Source: an uncultured Candidatus Saccharibacteria bacterium (GTDB taxonomy: Bacteria; Patescibacteriota; Minisyncoccia; Phycocordibacterales; UBA9973). Taken from it: a stretch of 63,293 nucleotides of DNA. The stretch is from contig CAYHBR010000004.1 in assembly GCA_964354985.1 (NCBI GenBank), forward strand, positions 1-63,293, read 5' to 3'. Both the position numbers and the translations under genes were made by a program. Under the pieces are notes generated by a model. It searched no databases. It was given only the letters and a program-made list of their open reading frames with translations, and had not been told where the DNA came from. Below are positions 56,062 to 62,864 of the stretch, in pieces. Numbering within the stretch: position 1 is the stretch's first letter; each line of letters begins with the position of its first letter.

Positions 56062-56104
56062 AATAGCAGTGTCGGTCAGGCTACGCCTTTCCGACACTGC
56101 TATT
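56062..56104 (-). terminator. 14-bp perfect hairpin (second terminator after tRNA-His, or leader of the prenyl synthase gene)
   Basis: aatagcagtgtcgg, 15 nt, ccgacactgctatt. On the minus strand it is followed by UUCUUAAAU. Confidence 0.5.
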
Positions 56105-56111
56105 TGTACAA

Positions 56112-56146
56112 ACAAAAAAACCGACTCACGCCGGGTTTTTTGTTTA
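56112..56146 (-). terminator. intrinsic terminator downstream of tRNA-His
   Basis: Minus strand: AAAAAAC-CCGGC-GUGA-GUCGG-UUUUUUU. Confidence 0.7.
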
Positions 56147-56154
56147 ACAAATAG

Positions 56155-56227
56155 GGAGCCTATCGGGAATTGAACCCGAATCGAAGGTTCCACAAACCTC
56201 AGTGTTAACCGTTACACCATAGGCTCC
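56155..56227 (-). tRNA. trnH: tRNA-His (anticodon GUG) with encoded G-1, no encoded CCA
   Basis: Hand-folded cloverleaf. Acceptor GAGCCUA/UAGGCUC with G-1:C73. D stem GUGU/ACAC. Anticodon stem GAGGU/ACCUU with loop UUGUGGA. T arm UCGGG-UUCAAUU-CCCGA. Confidence 0.92.
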
Positions 56228-56352
56228 GTGTGGATATGGTTCTAATCTTGCATAAGACTAGAACCATATACGGACTTGCATCCGCCTGTAGTTTATAGCA
56301 AAAAATCTCCTTTTTTGCTAGTCTGATAAGTTTTTTCTAAAAAATAAAGTAA

Positions 56353-57897
56353 TTAATTGCATTTATCACCAAGTGGCTGCTTGTTTGCTTTACCTGAAAA
56401 ACCACGGCTATCAGTACAATAATACCCAGTCGTATTGTGGGTATACAAGCTCCATGCGGTCGCCGTATCAAAACAAATAGGATTATCGAAACCTGAAGCT
56501 AATATTTTAGCTGAAATAAACGGAATAGTAAGCTCTGTCCCCGTCTCTCCTTCTACTCCAGATTTCTGACAAACCCCTTTAAATGAATTATTATTTGTTC
56601 CTTTAAAAACTCCAGCTACAGTCCTAATATCCGAGAAAAAACTTTTTAAAACTTCTGGTAAATCTGTTGCTGCATTTTTATTTTCAAGCTCAGAGTATGA
56701 GACAACAAGTGGTGGAATATTTATAGTTGGAGACAAGTCAAAATGATCATAAGAAATAGTGAACCTTACTCTTACTGGCAAAGAATATTCTTTTGTCTTA
56801 TAAGCAAAACTAATAACTGCTTTTTTTATTAAATCGTTTTGGTCGAAAGTAATTTCCCCTGTTGGTAATTCGGTAATGGCTGTAAATGTAAATTTTGAAC
56901 CGATATTTGCCGACATCTCCAATCTATCACTCATTAAAAAAATATTACTGAAATAAGTCGCAATCGAGTCGGCATACCTAACTGTAACGATAGTTTCTCC
57001 CGTTGGAAGATTTGTTGAGTTTCCAGGTATTGCATCACTAAGAAACGAAGCCAATTCACGGGCAAAGCCTTTGTCATACAAACTTGTTTTTCCAAAAAAA
57101 CCATATGCAAAGGTTGGTATGTTCATCTCGCCATCATAACGGATCCAATTTGCACCTTGGTTTGAAATAGTATTATCGAAAACAGTTGAACTCTCTGAAA
57201 GCTTTGCGTAAAAAGCATTACTGATAAGTCGACTTGTCGCACTAAAATCCATACTTTTATTACCTTGAACACTTATTTTATTCGTAAATTTAACCTCATT
57301 TTTTTTTGCCCGTGAATCAAACCAGTCGTCCACTCCTAAAAATGTGCCTTTTATTGTGGCTGGAACTTGTCTTGAGTCTATCCCGCCAAAAGTACTTACT
57401 AAAACTTTATCAGTTAAAACCATACCGGCCGGGGCAGTTATTTCATAGTCACCTGAATATTGAATTGATTTTAAATTTTCTACTACACCTACAATTCTAG
57501 AAATTTTTTTATTCGGACTATTTAAAAGTGGGCCAAGTAAGAAATATCCCCCTACTCCAAAGACAACAAGCCCAAAGACTATTAAAATAGGAATCAGTCG
57601 GTGATGCTCTGGTTTAATTTCTTTACTAAAAACTTCGGGAGTTTTTACTTCTACCACAGTCGGTTCAATTTTGAGATCAATATTTGTTGCTTCTTTTGGC
57701 AGACCGACAGCTATCGGCATTTCTATCATCGGGCTACCGGCTTTGTCTGGACTTGCTCTCTCGGCAATCATACGGAATGCTTCGGCTATTTCCATTCTCT
57801 GCCAACCAGCAGTAACGAGCGCTTCCATTATCACTCCGTGGGCTGTTCCCTTGTTGACTTCGTTTTCTATATAAGTAAGTAGTTCGTTTGTAATCAT
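56353..57897 (-). CDS. membrane-anchored extracytoplasmic hypothetical protein
   Basis: 514 aa. The N-terminal module LLTYIENEVNKGTAHGVIMEALVTAGWQRMEIAEA resembles that of 49761..50243. One TM helix (LIPILIVFGLVVFGVGGYFLL), then a large domain ending in a Cys-containing C-terminus. Confidence 0.55.
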   Translation of the reverse strand: MITNELLTYIENEVNKGTAHGVIMEALVTAGWQRMEIAEAFRMIAERASPDKAGSPMIEMPIAVGLPKEATNIDLKIEPTVVEVKTPEVFSKEIKPEHHRLIPILIVFGLVVFGVGGYFLLGPLLNSPNKKISRIVGVVENLKSIQYSGDYEITAPAGMVLTDKVLVSTFGGIDSRQVPATIKGTFLGVDDWFDSRAKKNEVKFTNKISVQGNKSMDFSATSRLISNAFYAKLSESSTVFDNTISNQGANWIRYDGEMNIPTFAYGFFGKTSLYDKGFARELASFLSDAIPGNSTNLPTGETIVTVRYADSIATYFSNIFLMSDRLEMSANIGSKFTFTAITELPTGEITFDQNDLIKKAVISFAYKTKEYSLPVRVRFTISYDHFDLSPTINIPPLVVSYSELENKNAATDLPEVLKSFFSDIRTVAGVFKGTNNNSFKGVCQKSGVEGETGTELTIPFISAKILASGFDNPICFDTATAWSLYTHNTTGYYCTDSRGFSGKANKQPLGDKCN

Positions 57898-57912
57898 TTT
57901 ATTATAAAATAT

Positions 57913-58392
57913 TTATTGCTGAATTTTTGTTGTATCGTCTTTACTTGCTTCACTAAATTTTCGCATATCAGAAAAAACTTTCAAGACTGACTCGTTTTTA
58001 CTTTCCGTGTGAAGCCAAATATTACTTATACAAGAACTATTAAACTCAGAATAAACAGTCGCATCAATTTTTGGGCAGGCACCTCCGACTTCTATAGTAT
58101 CAGAAATACTATTTACTTCTCCGGTGTTATTCGGCGGTGTGATTTTAAAACCAAATATCTTTTTTGAATCGGCCGGATTTTTTATCTCCTCAAAGATCCA
58201 ATCTGATGGGTAAATAAAAGCTGTGTCGTTTAAAGTATAGGCATTCCAAATAATTTTTTCGGAAACTTCGGGCACTATTGTGTCTTTTTGCTCTACCCTC
58301 TCGTATGGCGCCGGATTATTTTTTGTAGAAAAAAAAGCCACGCCTCCAAGCACTATTAAAATGACGAGTATCGAAAGAACTTTTTTTTGCAT
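57913..58392 (-). CDS. membrane-anchored hypothetical protein
   Basis: ATG (MQKKVLSILVILIVLGGVAFF) at 58392. Confidence 0.5.
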   Translation of the reverse strand: MQKKVLSILVILIVLGGVAFFSTKNNPAPYERVEQKDTIVPEVSEKIIWNAYTLNDTAFIYPSDWIFEEIKNPADSKKIFGFKITPPNNTGEVNSISDTIEVGGACPKIDATVYSEFNSSCISNIWLHTESKNESVLKVFSDMRKFSEASKDDTTKIQQ

Positions 58393-58461
58393 GAGTCTAT
58401 TATAACCGCAATATGTAAATGATAAAAATAAAAACACGGGATTAATCGTGTTTTTATTTTG

Positions 58462-58747
58462 CTTTGTGCAGTAATTCTATCATTTGCGCGAACTTATTTC
58501 AAAGTAGATAAGTAGCGTTCCCCGCGCGCTACGCGCCTCTGTGCTTCGCACAGAGCTTCTGCTGAAGCAGAAGTGCGGGGAAACGCTCTGCACACCACCA
58601 CAATGTTTTAAAAAGGATGTGGTGTGCAGAAATGCAAATGCGGAACGCGAGCGAAATTTTGCGAAATGCTGGGGGTGTGGGGGAAAGTATTTCGCAAAAT
58701 TCGCTTCGCGTGCTTCGGCATTTCTTTTTTTGGCGGGGCGGACAACT
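58462..58747 (+). repeat. inverted repeat R, left copy (hairpin-rich, relatively GC-rich)
   Basis: It is the reverse complement of 60749-61040. The copies are near-identical over 58462-58716 versus 61040-60786, then an indel-rich patch, then tggcggggcgg[a/g]caact. Confidence 0.95.
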
Positions 58748-58785
58748 AGAAAAAATACTCCAAAAAAAACAAAAATGTTTTTGAA

Positions 58786-58818
58786 AACATAAAAGCACCT
58801 TTAAGGTGCTTTTATGTT
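58786..58818 (-). terminator. terminator hairpin after 58845..59987
   Basis: aacataaaagcacc-tttaa-ggtgcttttatgtt. Confidence 0.7.
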
Positions 58819-58844
58819 GAACATATATTCTAGAAATCTGACAA

Positions 58845-59987
58845 TTAGTTAAATTTGAAAGTTTTTAGTAATTGCTCAAACTTAGCGATTTCTGCGACAT
58901 CACCATTGCCGAGGGGTGTGCTAAATTTAAAATAAAGTGAATGTGTCTGATCCTTATGCATGAAGAAAACATACATATCATGAGAAGGAATAACTGTGTG
59001 TCCCGCATGTTCGCCTCCACTGACAGTGGCAGTATTTCTCATTTCTCCCACAATCGCTGTCTGTCCTCCAACCGTTATTGTTTTTTTAGTCTGCGCAAAA
59101 ATATCTGAGGAATTATTATACCTTGAGAGTTCATCGCTGTAGACAGCACTTCCCATCGTGTAACATTCAATATGCATACTATCTTTTGGCGCATAAATCT
59201 GGTTATTGCTTCCATCGTGCGTCTCGATTCCTTGTGAAGCAGTGTCGATAAAATCAATCATTCTGCTCATGATAGTGCCTTGTAGGTTAATGGCATTTGA
59301 CTCATTGCCAGCTGACCAAGAATCTGGATATTGGAAAGTATATCCACATCCTGTATTGGTATATGTTTTCCAATTGGCAGTAGAAATTTGGGGAGCATTG
59401 ATCGTAAATTTATTATCAGAAATATCGCTTGGAATATTTGGACCCCCAACGGCAGGCCAAATAGCAACATAAAAATTATTTCCGTAATACACAGGATTAC
59501 CACTATCCCATTCACTTGCATCGTCCGTTGGAAGTGTTACAACAGCCGAACCATTATTTAATGCCGTTTTTGTTAGGACATGTTCCTCTCCGCCCATTCC
59601 GCCAGGACTTTTATATCGGACATCAATTTGTAAAAGTGTATTTGCAGACAAATTACAACTCTTCCATTTAACTGTAATTTTTTGACTAGCTGTATAAACT
59701 TCTCCACCATTCGGTGAAAGAACCGTTATTGAAGGATTACATGTTGGTGTAGGAGGAGGCGTTTGCTGTTGTGGCGGATTATTAGCAGGCGGAGGAGTTT
59801 GGGCAGGAGGATTATTATTTGTCGTCGGCGGAGTATAATTCTGTTCAGTTGTCGGAAAATAATTATCACTCACCGTATTTTTCGGAGTAGAACTTTTTCC
59901 CGCAAAGTAAGCAACTCCGCCGACCGCTAAAACTCCAAGAACTATTAGTAAAACTACGACTGGTGCAAAACCTTTATTGTATTTCAT
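58845..59987 (-). CDS. membrane-anchored secreted protein with a Pro-rich linker and an SPNGGE-type domain (paralogue of 46313..47296)
   Basis: MKYNKGFAPVVVLLIVLGVLAVGGVAYF anchor, PPTTNNNPPAQTPPPANNPPQQQTPPPTP linker, then ITVLSPNGGEVYTASQKITVKWKSCN. Confidence 0.65.
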   Translation of the reverse strand: MKYNKGFAPVVVLLIVLGVLAVGGVAYFAGKSSTPKNTVSDNYFPTTEQNYTPPTTNNNPPAQTPPPANNPPQQQTPPPTPTCNPSITVLSPNGGEVYTASQKITVKWKSCNLSANTLLQIDVRYKSPGGMGGEEHVLTKTALNNGSAVVTLPTDDASEWDSGNPVYYGNNFYVAIWPAVGGPNIPSDISDNKFTINAPQISTANWKTYTNTGCGYTFQYPDSWSAGNESNAINLQGTIMSRMIDFIDTASQGIETHDGSNNQIYAPKDSMHIECYTMGSAVYSDELSRYNNSSDIFAQTKKTITVGGQTAIVGEMRNTATVSGGEHAGHTVIPSHDMYVFFMHKDQTHSLYFKFSTPLGNGDVAEIAKFEQLLKTFKFN

Positions 59988-60020
59988 AATGATTTAATCT
60001 TATCATAATTACTAGCTAGC

Positions 60021-60127
60021 AAAAAGCTCCTAGCCAGTATGATAACCTTGCGGTTACCCATACCCCTTTCGGGATATGACACGGTCTGTGCAAACTCTGA
60101 CTAGGAGTTTTTTATCACAGACCGTGT
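60021..60127 (-). ncRNA. structured 5' leader / unclassified RNA element upstream of 58845..59987
   Basis: The minus-strand RNA has a 12-bp helix ACACGGUCUGUG/CACAGACCGUGU and two adjacent GNRA-capped hairpins (CAUAUCCC-GAAA-GGGGUAUG and GGUAACC-GCAA-GGUUAUC). It also has a long-range helix CUCCUAG/CUAGGAG followed by CUUUUU. Both small hairpins have a G-U wobble on the minus strand where the plus strand would have an A-C or C-A mismatch. Confidence 0.5.
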
Positions 60128-60237
60128 TTGCGACCATGCCTTTATTTTTAAAGGTTTAGGTCTTCTATTAAGTTATGTTGCTATTATGCCAAATTTAAGG
60201 TTAAAAAGCTAATTTTTAGAAACATCTAAATTTTCGC

Positions 60238-60265
60238 TTGACTTAAATTACCTAACTGCTATACT
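60238..60265 (+). promoter_or_regulatory. near-consensus sigma70-like promoter with no downstream plus-strand ORF
   Basis: TTGACT (60238-60243), 16-nt spacer, TATACT (60260-60265). Confidence 0.5.
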
Positions 60266-60271
60266 CAATGT

Positions 60272-60325
60272 ACAAAGTGCCGTAAGGCTCCGAGAAACCC
60301 CGCCAAAAGCGGGGTTTCGAGTTTC
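60272..60325 (+). ncRNA. candidate ~50-nt small RNA convergent with the MazF-like gene
   Basis: It lies between the promoter above and the hairpin GAAACCCCGC-CAAAA-GCGGGGUUUC (60294-60318), which is followed by GAGUUUCU. It abuts the toxin stop codon (60325-60327). Confidence 0.3.
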
Positions 60326-60714
60326 TAGAGGAAAGATTTGAGTTTTTGTTTCATTTCATCAAAAAGTTCATTCGGAATATCGTAGAGCTTTCTTTTCAAT
60401 CGTTTAACACTAAGTAATTTCATTTGTGCCAAAATAGCGGAAACTTTTTGTTCGTTCGGGTCAGTGTAATTGAAATAAAAGTCAAATTCCTTTTGTTTTG
60501 TTGAAAGTGGAATAACCCAAAACATGTGATTGTTGAACTTTTTAACAATCAAGATAGGACGAGAAAAATTATCACCTGATCCGTTTTGTTCATAACCAAT
60601 ATTTTTTCCTAAACTGGACATCCACACTTCACCCTCTTTTGGAAAACGGTCAGGTTTATTTTTTTCGTCTTCAATTTTCTTTTTCAGTTCATTCCAAGAA
60701 TCAAAATCTTTCAT
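60325..60714 (-). CDS. PemK/MazF-family toxin (endoribonuclease fold), with no recognisable protein antitoxin gene
   Basis: KEGEVWMSSLGKNIGYEQNGSGDNFSRPILIVKK...VIPLSTKQK...SAILAQMKLLSVKRLKRKLYDIPNELFDEMKQKL aligns by eye with EndoA/MazF ([27 protein letters not shown]...SVILLEQIRTIDKQRL...DDEMMDKVDEAL). Confidence 0.78.
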   Translation of the reverse strand: MKDFDSWNELKKKIEDEKNKPDRFPKEGEVWMSSLGKNIGYEQNGSGDNFSRPILIVKKFNNHMFWVIPLSTKQKEFDFYFNYTDPNEQKVSAILAQMKLLSVKRLKRKLYDIPNELFDEMKQKLKSFL

Positions 60715-60748
60715 AGAAAGATTTTACCATTTTGAGTTTCTTTCTTCC

Positions 60749-61040
60749 AGTTGCCCGCCCCGCCAAAATCCCGCCAAAAAATCAGGAAGCACGCGAAGCG
60801 AATTTTGCGAAATACTTTCCCCCACACCCCCAGCATTTCGCAAAATTTCGCTCGCGTTCCGCATTTGTATTTCTGCACACCACATCCTTTTTTAAACATT
60901 GTGTGGTGTGCAGAGCGTTTCCCCGCACTTCTGCTTCAGCAGAAGCTCTGTGCTTCGCACAGAGGCGCTTCAGCGCGCGGGGAACGCTACTTATCTACTT
61001 TGAAATAAGTTCGCGCAAATGATAGAATTACTGCACAAAG
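60749..61040 (-). repeat. inverted repeat R, right copy
   Basis: Reverse complement of 58462-58747, including the 8-mer as gcacaaag at 61033-61040. Confidence 0.95.
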
Positions 61041-61163
61041 AGAGACGTTCGCGAAATTAGAAATGTGGAGCGGATTTTTGGGAAAAAAATCCGCACTGTG
61101 TGTCCCGACGCTAGCCTTGCTAGCGCGGACGAAATCCCAAAGTTCCCCCCAGCGTATGGAAAC
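61033..61163 (-). repeat. inverted repeat P, left copy (131 bp including the 8-mer; contains the recombinase 5' UTR and start codon)
   Basis: Checked base by base: it is the exact reverse complement of 62569-62699. Confidence 0.97.
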
Positions 61164-62715
61164 AATTCAAACCAAAACTAAATGTGTTCTCTATGCGAGA
61201 AAATCTACTGAAGAGGACGATAAGCAGGTGATGAGCATTGAAGCTCAATTGTTTGAGTTGCAAGAATATGCGCATAGAGAACGCATTGAAATTGTGAAAG
61301 TATTCACAGAAGCGAAAAGCGCAAAGAAGCCCGGGCGAGACGGTTTTGCGAAAATGATAAATTTTATTGAAACCTCAAAAGAACAGATTGGCATACTTTC
61401 TTGGCACCCCGACCGTCTCGCTCGGAATTCTGTTGATGGTGGAAAAATAATTTACTTGGTAGACATCAACAGAATTGCTTCTTTACGCTTTCCGCAGTTT
61501 TGGTTTGAGCCAACTCCGCAAGGCAAATTTATGTTGCAAGTGGCGTTCGGACAAAGTAAATATTTTTCTGACAACCTCGTGGAAAATGTGAAGCGTGGAA
61601 TCCGCCAAAAAATCCGCCGTGGGGAGTGGTTAACGCTCGCACCAATGGGATATGTGAATAACTACAAAACGAAGAATATCGAACCTCATGCTGTGTATTC
61701 CAAAGTTATCAAGCGAGCGTTCACTGCATATGCCACAGGAAAATATACCCTCATCGGACTGGCGGATTTTTTGGCGGATCACGGATTATGTCAGAAAAAA
61801 GGTACGCCACTTGCCAAATGTTCCGTCGTGAAAATGTTGACCAACAGAGCATATCTCGGATTTATCAAACATCGTGGTGAATGGCACGACGGAACATTTG
61901 AGCCGATTCTTTCCCCGACACTGTTTGAAGCAGTACAAAAAATTCTTTCGGCGAGGAGAAGACCATATCATTCTAAACTTCGTCATCCATTTCCATTTAC
62001 CCAGTTTATGACCTGTGGTGAGTGTGGCTGTGCGATTACCGCTCAATATGCCACCAACCGCTATGGTGTCATCTACACTTACTATCGTTGCACCAAAAAG
62101 AACGGAGTGTGCGCACAGCCATACATACAACAAAATCTTCTCGCCGAAAAACTCGAAACACTGCTTCAATCAGTGTCGCTTCCCCGTGAAGAAATTGAAA
62201 ATATGGAAAGGCAAATTTCTGCGTGGGAAAGTGAATCAATTTCTTCACGGGGAAGTGTTGCCCAAAATCTTAAAACTAAACTTTCCGAGACGAAGGAGAA
62301 GCTAGACAAACTGATATCACTGTATCTCGATGGCGACATTGAACGCGAAATATATTTGGAACGAAAAGACCTTCTCCTTCGTCAGAAAGCAAAGGCAGAG
62401 GAAAGTTTTAGAGATTTTGGACAACAGGGAAAGAATCGGCTCGAACCCTTGCGGAGTTTCGTTTTGTCCTTAAGAGAAGCCATGGAATTAGAAAAAACTT
62501 CCAATCATCTCGAATGGAAGAAGTTTTTCCAAAGTATCGGCTCTAACCCCTCTCTCAAGGACAAAACGGTTTCCATACGCTGGGGGGAACTTTGGGATTT
62601 CGTCCGCGCTAGCAAGGCTAGCGTCGGGACACACAGTGCGGATTTTTTTCCCAAAAATCCGCTCCACATTTCTAATTTCGCGAACGTCTCTCTTTGTGCC
62701 CAGGAGAGGACTTGA
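61156..62715 (+). CDS. large serine recombinase
   Basis: METIQTKTKCVLYARKSTEEDDKQVMSIEAQ contains the catalytic Ser in YARKST. Also present: a resolvase domain (GILSWHPDRLARN), a recombinase domain, a zinc ribbon CGECGCAITAQ...YYRCTKKNGVC and a coiled-coil tail. ATG at 61156 is preferred to the upstream start at 61063. The last ~44 codons lie in repeat P, and the stop (62713-62715) lies antisense inside tRNA-Leu. Confidence 0.9.
   Translation: METIQTKTKCVLYARKSTEEDDKQVMSIEAQLFELQEYAHRERIEIVKVFTEAKSAKKPGRDGFAKMINFIETSKEQIGILSWHPDRLARNSVDGGKIIYLVDINRIASLRFPQFWFEPTPQGKFMLQVAFGQSKYFSDNLVENVKRGIRQKIRRGEWLTLAPMGYVNNYKTKNIEPHAVYSKVIKRAFTAYATGKYTLIGLADFLADHGLCQKKGTPLAKCSVVKMLTNRAYLGFIKHRGEWHDGTFEPILSPTLFEAVQKILSARRRPYHSKLRHPFPFTQFMTCGECGCAITAQYATNRYGVIYTYYRCTKKNGVCAQPYIQQNLLAEKLETLLQSVSLPREEIENMERQISAWESESISSRGSVAQNLKTKLSETKEKLDKLISLYLDGDIEREIYLERKDLLLRQKAKAEESFRDFGQQGKNRLEPLRSFVLSLREAMELEKTSNHLEWKKFFQSIGSNPSLKDKTVSIRWGELWDFVRASKASVGTHSADFFPKNPLHISNFANVSLCAQERT
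62569..62699 (+). repeat. inverted repeat P, right copy
   Basis: Exact reverse complement of 61033-61163. It ends with ctttgtgc, whose last 3 nt are the 3' end of tRNA-Leu. Confidence 0.97.
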
Positions 62716-62778
62716 ACCTCCACGGATTGCTCCACACGAACCTCAATCGTGCGTGGTTACCAGTTACACCACCTGGGC
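62697..62778 (-). tRNA. trnL: tRNA-Leu (anticodon GAG), type II with long variable arm, no encoded CCA
   Basis: Hand-folded. Acceptor GCCCAGG/CCUGGGC plus A73. 3-bp D stem GUG/CAC. Anticodon stem CACGA/UCGUG with loop UUGAGGU. Long variable arm. T arm GGAGG-UUCAAGU-CCUCU. Confidence 0.9.
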
Positions 62779-62864
62779 ATTTTGCTTTTGTAGTATACAG
62801 ATTATTCAACCTAAATCAAGAAATCCCAGACTGTCTGGGATTTCATTTATACTAAATATTATTT

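Larger units (their letters stand above)
58462..62699. mobile_element. candidate integrative/invertible module at the 3' end of tRNA-Leu (serine recombinase, MazF-like toxin, secreted protein, two long inverted-repeat pairs)
   Basis: It is bounded by the 8-mer ctttgtgc at 58462-58469 and 62692-62699, with a third inverted copy at 61033-61040. The right copy overlaps the tRNA 3' end. See findings. Confidence 0.6.

Noticed and set aside
58529-58798. ORFs of 83-89 aa inside repeat R (left copy), and 62-96 aa ORFs at 60711-61022 in the right copy. These include a 62-aa ORF whose stop overlaps the MazF-like start as ATGA.
   Set aside because: The ORFs occur on both strands of a hairpin array and translate to Cys/Phe/Lys/Arg-rich peptides. 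The differences between the copies track hairpin loops rather than codons. The ATGA overlap is tempting as an antitoxin, but the peptide resembles no known antitoxin fold. I treat the region as non-coding unless conservation shows otherwise.
62505-62735. 76-aa minus-strand ORF, and the N-terminal extension 61063-61155 of the recombinase ORF
   Set aside because: Both are mirror-image products of the 131-bp inverted repeat P (the shared MWSGFLGKKSALCVPTLALLARTKSQSSPQRMET). The serine-recombinase catalytic motif begins right after the internal METIQ start, so the extension is most likely 5' UTR.
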